The notes below the pieces were generated by a model that ran no database searches, was not told the origin of the DNA, and worked only from the letters and a program-made list of their open reading frames with translations. The position numbers and the translations under genes were made by a program. A DNA stretch of 64,000 nt from Sphagnum compactum (Eukaryota), in the NCBI GenBank assembly GCA_965153455.1, contig OZ234493.1, positions 34,834,213 through 34,898,212 of the forward strand, read 5' to 3'. This document shows positions 1 to 13,440 of the stretch, piece after piece. Numbering within the stretch: the first letter of the stretch is position 1; each line of letters starts with the position of its first letter.

Positions 1-789
1 TGTAACTTTGTTTGTTGTAGATATAATTTTTATTCAATTGTGTTATTATGGTATTTATTTTTTCCACTTACTTAATTTTAGAGAAGGTTTATGTATAAAC
101 AAATCAAACCACAAAATTCTTCTTGTCATTATGGTGAAGTTATGGCAATGGTTAATTACCTTGTATCACATGGTGATGATTGTTTTGGCTAGTTCTGCAC
201 ATGATGATTTAAATGCTTGTTTCATTTGTGGCCTTGTTTATGTTTGGTATGTCATAGAAATTGATTTCAATTGATCATGTAATGATATTTTGTTATATGA
301 AACCAAAGGCATTGGATGCCCATGATCTTGCCATAATTTTCAAGAAGCGTTATTTCCAAACTTGCTACAAGCTATTAAATTAGAATTGCCAACTTTATGG
401 TTAAATGTGGATAAAAGATTAAACTCACAAAGGTCACATCCTGGTGTTGATGAAGATCGTGCAAGAGCATAATTAGAATTTCATTTATGAATACTACAAT
501 ACGATAGTCCCAACCAATCTTTTTTTGGGTGAAAAATCAACAAAATGCAACATAATTTTTTGAAAATGGAATATTATGTCACAAATTTCCTTTTAAAAAA
601 CTTCACCTAAAAGGTTCAAAATTTAGGGGGAGGGGGGTGTCACCACATTTATGCCTACTAGCTACAGTTTTAATAGTTCTTTGAAAGAATGTAGTTAGTT
701 AAGTTGATGCTCAACACCCTAGCTCCATCGAGAAATTGAAAAAAAATTTGGTCTTAATGTCCAATTTGATTGGAAAAATGTTTAGTTTT

Positions 790-1065
790 TTAGCTCCCCC
801 CCCGCCCGGTCCTTCCCATTGCCCACTCCGGTTCTTTACCCCGTCGACCCCCCCCCCCCCCCCCCCCCGTTCCCCTGTTATATATAATTAACTTCCCGCC
901 CCGTGCTGGCCCCCCCCCCCCCCCCGCCCCGTTACCAAGCCCTCTCATAGAAAATGCATTGCCCGGTTCTGCCATAGAAAATGCAGAGGCCGGTTTGCCA
1001 TAGAATTGTAGCAGAATTGTCGTGTCAGACAGACGCACAGACAGACGTAGTGATAATATATTAGA
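790..1065 (-). mobile_element. Possible short non-autonomous Helitron
   Basis: Minus strand begins A|TCTAATATATTATCACTACGTCTGTCTGTG, a Helitron-like 5' end. It has an internal ~27-bp direct repeat (ATAGAAAATGCA..CCGGTT.GCC) and a GC-rich end. The 3' end reads CTAA rather than CTAG. Confidence 0.35.
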
Positions 1066-4000
1066 TTCAATTTTTGTCCATTTTGACCAAATGTCTTTAT
1101 TTGAGAAGATGGTCAAAATGCTCACATTAATCAACTTGTCTAGTCAAAAAACATACATGGCTAGGGCTTTGTCAACTTTTAGTCAAAATACATACCTTTG
1201 TTTCAATTGAAATGGACAAGGTGGTCAACTTGGACAACTTAAAAATTTGTTTTAACATATACAACCAAAATTTTGGGGATACTTGATAAAAGGGTGGGAA
1301 ATATGATATGTTTGCTAGGTTACAACTCATGAGTGAAAATTATAATTTTAAGCTATGTTTGTACACGAGTAATTAAACTATGACAAGTTGGGTAAAAATA
1401 CATAAAGATGGACTAAAAGCGATGGATCAAGATCCATTCTGAAAGTCCATTTTTTTTGTATTTTGAATTGTTTGAATGTATTTTAAGCCTAATGAGTTGG
1501 TACAAATGATGTTGAAGTTAATATTCTTCCCATATCCAAGTTTGAGGCAACATTTAAAACTCATTTTAAAACATTTTTTTAAAATTGAAGATTGGTCTTG
1601 AAAAATATAAATTTTAATATCAAAGAAGACTTTGTCATTGTGAAAATTTTGATTATTCAATATCTTCAAATAAGATTTACTTTGTTTTTTGACCTTAAAC
1701 GTTATAATTTTTTTCAAAGTGTTATGACCCAAAGTTACAAAGACATTGTACTTGTAACACATTGTGAAAGTTCATATTTAATTTTTTGCAATATGGGATA
1801 GTCCATCTTGAGTTTTTCTTGGATAGTTTTGTTATGATTTTTTCATTGTGAAAGATTTCACGTGTTAGCTTTACATAAATGAATCATTTTCTGACATCCA
1901 ACAAATATGTAAGAATAGTTTGAATATCTTCAAAAATTTCCATTGGGACAATCCATTTTGTTCATTGTAATTTGCAATTGCCCAACCAAGGAACAAGTTC
2001 AATGGATTGCAAGCAAATATAGGTTCACATGGAAAAGGACCTAAAGTTAATATGTTGTTGACCATTTGACTTGCGAGGAGCAATTGGTGTTGATTAATGG
2101 CATGTCATGCAACAACCTATTGTGAAGTTTGACTACCTTCATGGAAACTCTTAAAACCTAAATCCTAGATTTACCATCCTTGTTTAAACAAAATGTGGCT
2201 ACTCTGCAACCAACAAATATCAACTCATTTCAAAAGTCAAAAGTGGTGGAATGATAAGCTCGACTCGCCTTGGGTCCCTAATTTATAAAAATTTGGCATT
2301 CATGAGCTTGAGCTTTAGCATTCTTGTCAATCTCATGCACAAATGTTGGAATGCTTTAGCACAAAGTTTCAAGTTCATGTTGTATTGTGATCATGTAAGG
2401 GCATTGTGATGTTGCATGACAAAACTAGGTGAAATGTCATGAGTTGTGGTTATCTAGTTCTAGTCACAAGTGGAGACCCACCCTCTTTAGTAGTGCTAAC
2501 CCAATGTAGCTACAACATGTGTTCTTTTGATCTTTACGCTTGGGGGTCAATGTATGTAAATTAAATTCATATCCTTATAACTTATAAGCAATGACATGCA
2601 TGTATATAAAAGGCATGTCCTCAAAGCATGACACTTGACATGTACCTGAAAAGACCCATCCTACAAATCAAATGTATACATTTGATGGCTAAATTAGTCA
2701 AAGACAAAATTGCATGGCTATATACAAAAAACTAGGAATGGAGCATGCCATCAAGTGTTGTATACATGTTCTTGTTAAGATGTTATTTATACATGTGGCA
2801 TTTAGAATGTGGTGTATACATGTGCTTGTTGGAATTCAACACATGATTGTATGTATGTAGCCATCATTTGTACATACTTCTTTTTGGGAGGTGTTGTCTA
2901 CATGTGAATGTTTGGATATGATGGCATGTATACAACCATCATGGTAACACACAAGACAAAGCAACACATCACATTCTGAATGGCACTTGTACACAATCTA
3001 AATGTACACATGTATACATGTGAATGTTAGGATACAATGCTTGATGCCATGTATACACATATCATCTATATAAAAGATAGAGTTGTATGGCTTTGTACAA
3101 AGGTAGAGCCTAGGCCCTAAACCACTAAATCATAGTCAACCCCATAGTTGCAAATTGGTCAAGTTGGTTGACTAGGCATCACCTAGTTGTTTTTGGGATA
3201 CCTTGTCTTTTCCCCCTAGATAACAACTATGTGCACATATAATGTTGGGGGTTGTTTTCCCTAGCCCCGCCCACAAACATGAAAAATTGGATAGTATAAG
3301 GTGAGAGACTATTTAAACGCCATCACTTGGGCCAATCATTATGGCCATTTAATTAGGAGAGTCATTTTGTGCATTGGGGCTTGTAGAAACTAGTGTATCA
3401 TTTGAAAATTTACAATTTCAAAACCCATTCTCATGCTATTTGAAGGTTGCACCTAATCCAAAGTTTGTATCCATATATTTTATCAATGCTAATGGATCTT
3501 CTCTCTAAGAGGAGTTCCATTCGTGACTTGTTGAACATATTTTGGATGAAATATTATATTTATTTGTTGATTTGAGCCAATAAATTTGTATGGTTGTGTA
3601 ATGCTTGTAAAAAAGCATTACACAATACAATGACTACTCTTGATTGGCTTGTTGTAACAATTGGTTGAGATGGTTGGGTTGAAAACGGTATGGCACCTCA
3701 CCCTACCTCATTTCCCATGTTTGAGTGAGGATCAAGAAACAATTGTACACCATGTAAGATGTGATAAACACTACATGCCCAAATAGGGTTTACAAGTGAA
3801 GCTACTTGAAGAACCCTTAATCCAAGGTAAGACCCTTTAGTCCAAGGTAAAAAGGTGGTCATTAATTCATAGTGGTTTTGGGGCACACCTTACACAAAAG
3901 AAGACTTCGCATGCAATCTAATTTGTGGAGATAACTGCCCTACGGCTTTAAGGGTGTAAGATTCATTGCCCTAGGGTGTGTTGGTGTAATAGAGAATTAT

Positions 4001-4965
4001 CAATAATGATTGCATCAGTTTCTAAACCAAGTCTTCTTGGTGGAAGTCTAGAGTCTAGACAACACTTCCACCAATGGTCAGGGGACCACAATTCAAGAAG
4101 GGAACAAATCAAAGTGCACACACCAAAAGGAACCACATAGAACTAGCGCATTTCAGTCTCTCTTGTAAACAAGAAGCAAGAAGCAAGTGAAAATTGCACC
4201 CAGGAAATCAATAACAGTCACAATTGTTATAGTACAAGTACATAATTGCTTTCAACATGCATTCCACCATCACCCAAACTAGGAATAAACTCCCCCAAAA
4301 CACAACAAATTTGCCACTAGCATGTGCTTGCTGTGATAGAACCTGGCATGCCTTCTCACGTACTCTTTTGTCCAAGAGGAATTCGTAGTCTGTAAGCACT
4401 TGCCACCTTGTGCGTGTAATTCTGCATCATCCTGTAGGAGTAATAATAGAAGCACCCTTCAGGCATGTTTCTCCATCAGAGAAATACTTGCGCTCACAAA
4501 CAGGATTATGCTGTTTTCACAGTCGAGTCATATGGGTATCAAATTTAGACAACACGGCCTTCCAAGGTTTTCTCTGCAACTCAAGAGTGAGAGTAAGAAA
4601 ACCTTCTGCTACATATGGCATGTGCTTCATGTAATCTGTGTCCATCAGCTTGCAAGCTTTTGTGCATAAACTCTGCATCTGCTGACACTGTCCTTGGAGG
4701 GCTATCCCGTGCAAAGGTGAAAGTGCAAATACAAGACTGCAGAAAAGCTATTTGGAGGAAGATGTCTGACCACTCCTGCCCTCCCACACCCACCCTAACC
4801 CCAATGTGGGCAAATCATACAAGCTGGACAAGAAGGGAACAGAGCTAGAATGCTTGATATGTAAGATTTCATCTTCTCCCTGATGACAATGCTGACCAGG
4901 GGCTTGGGATTTCTACAAAATTTGAAGTTCCATGGCAAATATCACTAACAGTCCTGTGAAGCCTG

Positions 4966-7900
4966 CTATCCTTCATCACCCCTCCCATCTCGATTTTTCC
5001 AATGGAATGTAGAAATCTGAACATCACCAGTGGGGTTTGACTTCCCTGTTGGGGATCCTGTCACATCTGGGCAGGGAATGAATTGCTTGAGCGCTTGCTG
5101 GAGCTTAGTGAATGTCACTGGCTTGGCTATAAATGAGTCCATTCCATGTGAATAACACTCTGACATATTGTCTGCCAGCGCATTGGCCGTCATCTGTTCC
5201 CAACACAGCAATTGTCAGTTGCCGCCCATTCAAGCAAACTCTATCATTTCTTCTAAGTCTCCAAAAAAACCGAGTTAAAAACCGTAGTTCAATACCCTAG
5301 TTCAATAACCCACTTCAATTCATGTATAAATTTAGTTGGTTCCTAGTTAGTTAGTTGGCAAGTTTGGTACTCATCTCATGACTGATCAGACTGGCATATG
5401 GCTTCCTTTCTTGGTCTGTTAGTTTGACAGTTTGGTGATACATTTATGTGCTTTTGGTGCCTTGAAAGTGAAAATACAGACAGAATTGATGTACTGATAG
5501 AGGACATACAGCTATGATTGGAGTCCTTTGTCGTGGCAAATTCTGAGGGGGTGGTGCATCTGCAAATCTCACATCAGGTGGAAACTCATCAGAATCTCCT
5601 CCTACAATTCTATTAGCTTTCCCATCTTGTGCATCAACCCAAAACCCTGTCTCTTCATATTTCCGGATGCGCCAGGTTGCCTCCAGCCCATCCATTACTG
5701 GCATGCACACATCCTGCACACCCAGCACCAAAACATTTAAAGAACTGCAAGATATATGATGGTTCTACTTGTTTTGTCATACGAACGGTGCACTGAACAA
5801 CCCCACTAAGCACATCTGAATGTGACCCATAGCTCATGAACACAGGCCCCAACCTGGGATCCCAGATGAACCTGGATATCTCTACTACTAAATTGACATG
5901 GGAGGGCATGGGAGGAACCACTACCATCAAAATGAGATCATAAGAATTTTGTTGAAGTGCCTGAATAGCATCTGCCCCATTGTTGGCTACCTCAAGTGTA
6001 TGCCCTAACTTCATCAGCATTGACTGAGCAACCATAACATTCACTTTGTTGTCCTCCACCAGAAGGATTCGAGCTGGCCTTTGCTGAGTCCCAGAGCCTT
6101 GCAGCAAAACACCCTCTCTCTCACCCACTGGCCCCTTCCCTGTGCTCTTTCTTGACCCCCTCACTGTACCTGTCTGTGATGGTGGCTTTGACAGTGATGT
6201 TTGTCCTGTTGAAGCCTGACCTCCTTCACTGGCTCTAGTTCCAATGGGATCCAAGGATTGCCCCAGCATACTATCTAGTGTGCTTGTATTATTCATACAA
6301 AAGTCAGAATCCTCCCCAGGTGAATTAACAGTGTGTCGAGACTTGGTTGGACTTGATCTATCACTTTTACTTGCACCTATGTGGCGACCTTCCGTTTTCG
6401 CTTTGGGCAAAGGACCTAAATTTGGTTTTCCAGACGCAATGTTGCGTTCTGTGTCACGTCTATTCATCTTTGATGATGAAGGTAATGACTGCACTTCTGT
6501 ACCAGTGGAGAAAACTGTGGGATTAGGTCTTCTACTGTCAGGGCGAGAGAATCGTGGACGTGTTGAGCTAACATTGGAGTTTGCTGCAAAATCTGGGTAG
6601 ACTCTACTCTTCCTAAAGCTGGAATAATCTTGACTTCTTCTATCCAAGCTGTGCTCCTGCTCATTGGACATCATGCTGTACAAATTGTCATTGGTTTGTC
6701 CAGTGCTGCTCAATGTCTGCTCTGCAACTTGAAGTGGCAATGTAAATGAAAACATGGAACCTTCATTCACTTTACTGCGGACAGTTATGCTCCCTCCCAT
6801 CAACTCAACCTACATCCCCAGAAGATATTTCTTTTAGCACCATCACACATCCCAACATGGCAAATATCTTTTGAGACACTTGCAGAAGAACTGGAAAATC
6901 ACCTCACCAATCCGGATAAACAGAGAGGATTCATTTAACACAGCATCATTGCTCAAAGAAAACGTCATTAGCAAAACCTATGCATTTGAGAATCTCCATT
7001 ATTTTGTTAAAGATGAGTGAGGAAAGGAAATGGCATGATGTACCAAATTTTTGCAGATTGCTAACCCTAGACCTGTGCCACCATATTGGCGTGCATGTGT
7101 GGTGCTCGCCTGTGTGTATTTCTCAAACAATGCTGGAAGTGCCTCTTCTGCAAAAGACCAATGAAGCAAATCCATGCCATAAACTGCCGTGAGGAAAAAT
7201 GACAGATCAAAGAACCCTGCAATGACAGTACTCTTAGATCTAGTTAGGAAATGCCCTAACCTCACAATGGCACTGTGGAGGTGCATTCCAACAGATGAAC
7301 TACTAGGCTATTTTGGGATTTGTGCCCTGACAAATGTCAGTCATCTGATCATTTCACACCTGCTGCCTCTTAAGGTCCTTAACACTACAGCTTATGGAGG
7401 CTGCCAGTGTGAACTTTTTGCCCATACCTCAGATCTGTGCATTGTGTGAAATGATCTAATCACCCAAACAAGCAACATGGGATTCCTTTTTCATAATTTA
7501 CAGGACAATTTGAGGATTGATACCTGGAATACCGATTCCAGTGTCACAAACGTCACATTGGAGCCAGATGGTTTCTCTGATGCCTTCGACAAGTTCCTGA
7601 ATTGGGATCAAAGAAGTAGATGCTGAACTTCCTTCAATCATGTCCTTGGTTGTCGTTTTAACAGGCATTGCATCTTGATGGGGATCTAGATCCAGTCTTT
7701 CACATGCGACAGGAGTTTGACTGAGTGGGCTTTTCAGCTGTGAAATCTCTTCCAGAGAGACATTGTGCAAAGATTCACGAACTTCTCCAAGATGCAAATT
7801 ACTATAGTTTCCTTTTGCCAAGTTGGGTGGAGGCACTAGCCGCACAACAATCTTTACACCACCTTCATGCGTGAACTTGACAGCATTGCTGTTCATAATC

Positions 7901-10900
7901 AACAATTACAGGGGCAACCTGTCAGAATACTAACAGTACATACTGAAAGTAACTACCGGCACATGAAGTGTGCACTGAGATAGTGCATCACAATTATTCA
8001 CTGTAAACCCTAAACCCTAAACTTGACAACTCCAAAAGACATATAAAACCCAGTATATTAAGTAAAAGTGGCATACAAAACCTATGAAAGGGGAACCAAA
8101 TTTGGGTTGTGTCCATGTTCAACAAAACTGCACTTTCAGCATCCCAAACAAACATGGCACTCAGGACTGCCCCTCTATCCCAATGGTAAAACAGTACCTG
8201 ACTAAATTGGTGAAAACTTGGCGGATCCTTAGTACATCTCCAATAACCTGACAAGTGGTATGCAGTTTGTTAGACCCTGGCATACAAGTACTGATCAACA
8301 GTTCTGCTGAAAGCAATGCTCTCTCCAGTGCATCTGACTAGAAAGTAACCATCAGATTAACACTTGATGTAGTTAACCACATGCATGAAGATCAACGCCT
8401 CCACAGCCCAACAAGTGGCTAGTTTCTCATGGAAAACAAGAGTGCAGCTACAGAGCATTTACTAGTGACCACCAGGATGTCCAAAAGTGAAAGAATGACT
8501 GTGAAACTAGGTAGATTCTAGAACAAGATGCCACAAGGTAGGTGAAATATCAGGGTGGCAACCTCAAGGGGCACATCATCGTTGACAATCTCTTGTAAAT
8601 CAAGGTTCTTGTTTTGCACTGATGCAGCTGCCGTTCGCAACACATGTTTCACCACCTCCCGCAGTCGGAACTTCTTTGCTTCTAGTTTCATCGCTCCTGA
8701 AAAGAAGAGCCGACATAAAGCCTCAGTACTATCAGATCCAATATCATAAAATCAGCAAAAAAGAACAGGAATTGTGGACAAGAGGCCCTATGGGACTACA
8801 GTAAGACAGAACAGGAAGGGAAAGCAAAGAGAGAGATGCAGGGGATTGAGTGTACCTGATTCCACTTTGGAAAGATCAAGGATGTCATTTATGAGCTGCA
8901 AAACAAGGTCACCTGAGGACAACATAACATCCACCAGCTGTCGCTGCTCTGCATCAAGGTGTGTTGTGGCCAACACCTCCGCAACACTAACGACCCCTGA
9001 CAATGGTGATCGAATCTCATGTGACATTGTTGCTAACATCTGCTTTGCTCTCATTGTTTCTTCTGCTCATGAACACATTTTTTTTGTCTTAGAGACATAA
9101 CCTCTGAACTGAATTCTGGTTCTTTCAGGGTTTGGGTTTCATCTCCAAGTGGCTTATATGACTCTGGGGCGTCAGGAATTTCCAGAAGTTGATCAGGACA
9201 TCTATTTGAAGATAATACAATCAGTAGACATCTGGACAGGATGCCCCACATCTGATCAGCAGACAACCCAAGAGGAAACCCTACTCCCAAGTGAGAAACT
9301 TGTTACAAAAGGGGTTATTGAACTACATACCCCAAATCAGAGAGTGGCTTGATGCAAGGAAAAAAAGAACAATGGCAATGAAGATGCACACCTGTGATAT
9401 GAATGGTCCTATTGAGTTCTGTTTCCATGGCTTTTTGTACTGCCACTTCTTCTCGCAAGCACATCAACCGTTCTCTCTTAACCACCTGTTCACTGATATC
9501 CACAGAGACGTAATTTAACCCAATGGGCTGCCCTGATTTGTTCATCACTGGTTCCAGTGCAATCAGAAATGTCTTCTCCCCAAACAGATCAGTGTTGAAA
9601 GTGAACTCTCGTTTCTCTGGCCAACCCTTCCGCATCACCTCCTTCTTGAATTCCACCAACTCCAGCATTCCTCCCCCGTCCAAAATCTCCATATCCGTCT
9701 TGCCAATCACGTCCTGTATCAGTAGTGAAAGGAGTCACAACAGAGAGCTTGACTTCCATCTCAGACCATACAAGCCCTTTGCCTCCCAGTTGGAAACCAT
9801 GGGAACCATTGACTCCTTAAAGATCGATGAAGTTGCAGAGAAATCTCCACAACAACAATTAAAGGTAACACGACAATGAGTGCAGTCATAACCTCATGAG
9901 AGTCGCTCACAAAGTGACAGACCATCACCTTCATCACGAACGGCAGTGACGAGCTGCCATGACTACCCACTGAGTTCATCAGCTCCCAACAGTGGGTGTA
10001 GATAAGCATATAATAATCTTCCCAAAAAACTTGGGCAAACCATTATACACAATCTGCGTCCTGAGTTTCTGTTGCCTTTCCGGAAGCAATGGGAAGACTC
10101 AGACGTGATGTTGGCTAGCACTCAAGAGACATTGCTAATCAAAAAAGTCAACAGTATCCTCATTCAAGCTGCAACAAGCTTCTGAAGGAAAGAGCTTTTA
10201 TTTCATTTTAGCATGTCCCTGTATATGCAAGCATCTATGCCTAAAGGACATAGAGGCCTATATATAGGATAGTGGTTGGGGCCTCCTGCACCCTGAACAT
10301 ATCCTTTAAGCACACCACTGGTGACTACTTGGATGCAGAACATCCACATTGACTCCTTAAAAGACAAAGGCACACATCATAACCTACTCCAGTATTAGGG
10401 TTCAGTTTCTGAATGATTTTTTTTCTGAGTTAGGTATTCTCTCAAAACCTACCTTGAGGAAGATTCACTATACCTCTTCAGTCAGTGTTGGAAAGGCATT
10501 ATAAATGAACCGATACCGCAAGTCCACATCCTGCAGCAGCAGCACATTTGTTCAGGTGCTTTCAATTATGCTAGTGACTGAAGCATCAAAAGCAACACAG
10601 CTGCATGCAGAGGAAAGGAAGAGAAAGAAGAAGAAAAAGACCTGGTGAGCTACAATGATAGGTGCCTTTTTGAGACAAAACCTCAAGAACTCATCAAAAC
10701 GATTGGGCAGGAGGCCCAGCTCCTCCAAAGGTTGCATTGCTGGGGGCCCAGAGGTGAATTCCTGCAGCTTCTTCTCCAAAAGTTCCTCCCTTCGAATGCT
10801 TTCAGATAACATCTTAGAAAACCCTCTTGCGCGGTCCCGCCAATATTCAGCTGAATGATCGCCTTCCAACTCTGTGATAGAACATTCACTTGTGGGCAAT

Positions 10901-11352
10901 GAGCTCCACGAACCTGGCCCATCATCTCCAGGAAACACGTCCGAACGAGGAGGTGATTCATCACTCACACCACATCCATCTTCTGGATTGTACGAGGACT
11001 CATACAGCTGCTCATGAAGGATCTGGCCTTGTAGTTTCTCAGCCTGAAACCTCTGCATTTTCAAGGTCTCCAGCTGCTCATTCAGAAGGCTCATAGCATT
11101 AGCCTGTTTGTCTTCATAGAGCCGTGCCAAAGAAGATTTGTATGCTTCTCCTGATTCACTTCGGCTGACCAACTCATGGAAGTGATCTGGGTCTGCAAAA
11201 GCAAATTCATTGCTGAAGAGCTGACTGTCACCCTTCTCCACTTCCTTGGGGGCAAGATTATGGCACAACTTCTCATTGTGCTTTCTACTAAGCAGTGTTG
11301 CCGGCCACAATTCATACCCCTCCATCTCTGGGGTTTCTGTATCACTGTCCAT
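4966..11352 (-). CDS. AHK5: Cytosolic hybrid histidine kinase, AHK5/CKI2-like (coiled-coil/PAS-like input, HisKA, HATPase_c, receiver); 11 coding exons
   Basis: Exons read by eye, all GT-AG and frame-consistent: 11352-10642, 10530-10474, 9713-9392, 9062-8856, 8696-8563, 8247-8198, 7888-7524, 7147-7044, 6809-5925, 5713-5510, 5193-4966. Motifs: H-box [13 protein letters not shown]-box [22 protein letters not shown]1 DTGIGI, G2 [11 protein letters not shown], receiver ILLVEDN...[15 protein letters not shown]...MTANA...FIAKP. The stretch DLRYRFIYN...IGKTD...[22 protein letters not shown] matches AHK5 as recalled. No transmembrane or CHASE domain seen. Confidence 0.92.
9830..10180. repeat. Intronic dispersed repeat, copy 1 (HK intron 2)
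   Basis: Colinear with 58485-58830 from GACAATGAGTGCAGTCAT through GAAGCAATGGGAAG to AAGCTGCAACAAGCT. Confidence 0.85.
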
Positions 11353-12597
11353 TCTAGAACACTATCTGAGCTGTCTACTCATGTCCATCAACTTGAAGAG
11401 ATCTCTGACCTAGAGCTTTGCTGTCTAATGCAACACCAGGAAGCAGCTGTTATTGCTCCAACATGAAACATTTACCTCCACGCCACAGATATCATAGCAA
11501 TCCATGCTTACAACAATCCTGAACAGCACCTTTGGAAAAAAAAAACCTGCAACATCTTTCAAGGTTGCAAACCCACTATCAACCCTATCATTGTTTCTAC
11601 ACCCTTCAAAGTTGTTGCATTGCAATCTTCTTGCTCAGAAGTTCCTCTGCTTCTTTGCATTGAATGCTGTCGAGAAAAGATTCCTTGAGAAAATGCCAAG
11701 AACTTGCACCACTGGCGGGATTGGATTCAGACTTGCCCTAATTGACCTCCAACCATTCTCCTTTCAGATCCACATGATGATCATATCAGCATCTGCCACA
11801 CAGTACAGCAATTCCAACCATATGAGAAACTGCAACAAAAGGGATCTTTTACAGAACTTTTTCGGAGTAGTATCAATGGCCTTCATTGAACCCAAAGTTT
11901 TCTATTTCCAGAGAGAAGAACAAGCGAAGACACAGTACTGTAACTACTATTACTACTATTCTGTGCCAATGGAAATTGCTGAAGAAAGACCAGCAACAAG
12001 GTTAGGGTTATGCAGGGGTGGGCTCAGAATTGAGCTGCAGAGCAGAACACAAGATTGAAATCAGAGTGCAACTATCTTTTTATTCCCCTTCTCTATTGTT
12101 ATTATTGCCTGTTTTTTTCCAATTGATCAATTGATCAAAAGCTCCATGATTATACTCTTCCTTTAAACCCCCCAATCTCTTTCAACCTGCCAACTATCAA
12201 AAAACCATGTAAAAACAAAACACACTTGAAACCAAATCATTGAAAAAAAAAAAAAAAAACACACTGACCAACCCACCCAATGGGTTGGATTACCCACACA
12301 GCAAGCAAGAAAGAAAGAAAGAGGATTTGCTTGTTTTGTTTTGTGTGGCAACAATCTCTGAAACCCTAACTACAGATTCTTTGGAAGAAGAAGAAAAACA
12401 AACACAACAAAACTAGTAGCAGCAGCTGGAAGTGGTTATTGAATAATGGGATGATGGGTGAGCTCAAATCCGGCTCCAAGCTCTCTCACAACAACACCCA
12501 CAACAAAACAAATCTAAATCTAAGTCAGATCTCTAATCTTCTTTACAACTTCATGAGGATGTGCATGATAATAACCCCAACAAACTACTGGCTACTC

Positions 12598-12600
<3 letters not shown>

Positions 12601-12639
<39 letters not shown>
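12601..12639. repeat. (CT)n microsatellite upstream of the HK gene
   Basis: Perfect TC run. Confidence 0.95.
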
Positions 12640-12642
<3 letters not shown>

Positions 12643-13179
12643 TCAAGAAGTTTGGGTATGTGATCTTTCTAAAAGATTCTGGAAATTGCAAACCCTCCTC
12701 ACCATCACCAACCAGCCTTGCACACCAAACCTTATCTCTCTCCCTCAACAAAACAAGAGCTTATCTGAAGAAAGAAGAAGAAGACCTCAACTGCACTGTA
12801 TTGAAGTCTTCTTCCACCTCTTCTTCCTCCTCCATGTCCTTTGCTGCTTCTTCTTACCCCCTTTACCAAGCTCCCTCTCCACCAAGAAACGGAACCGAAA
12901 AGCACAGACAGACAGACAGACAGACAGAGCTTTGGTGAAGAGGAAAGGAGGTCCAAGGCAAACCCTGAGCCGGGCAGCAACAAAATGGGGCAAAACCAAA
13001 AATTCCAATTTGCAAAGGGAAGGAGAGAGAGGTTGGGTGGGTAGGTAATTAGGTAGGTATGTAGGTAGATGGATAGGCACTAGGGTAGGTGGGTAAAGGC
13101 CGGGGGGGGGGAGGTAAAGAGGGAGGTAGGAGCAAGGAGAGGGGGATGTGGAGTCCAAGTGTTTTTTTGGGGTCAATTA

Positions 13180-13440
13180 GGTGATATAGCCAATTTCCAA
13201 AGGTGGTGATCCATATGAAGATTTAGCCAAATTTGGCAACAAGCTAAATATGAAAGTAATTTTAAAAAAATAAAATCTGCTTCTTTATTTTTGGCTACCT
13301 ACTTAAACCATAAGTAGAAATATGATGATCTTTTCTTAAATATTTTGGTCCTTTTATGGCTATTGAAAAATCTCAAAATGCACTTGATTTTAGCACTTTT
13401 AATTTTTTAATATATCTTTTTGGCTATATATAGCCAGCAG
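13180..13440 (+). repeat. Dispersed repeat family (related copies at ~24940-25180 and ~47770-47990)
   Basis: Shared blocks GTGAT.TAGC..., TTTAGCCAAAT.TGGC and AAAT.TG(G/A).GAT. Confidence 0.65.

Noticed and set aside
790-1134. Gly-rich 114-aa ORF
   Set aside because: Produced by poly-C runs in a small repeat element, possibly including homopolymer sequencing errors.
1400-4100. Decayed coding-like stretches and a TACATG-rich tract
   Set aside because: Probably old TE relics, but no diagnostic motif could be assigned by eye.
4208-4848. Short overlapping ORFs downstream of the HK stop
   Set aside because: No domain similarity; likely 3' UTR or flank.
5655-5924. Apparent C-terminal extension of the 382-aa ORF
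   Set aside because: Read-through into the intron after YDLILM; the receiver domain continues in another frame at 5713.
11504-13176. ORFs upstream of the HK gene
   Set aside because: They overlap microsatellite and purine/pyrimidine tracts of the probable 5' UTR, introns and promoter; no recognisable domain.
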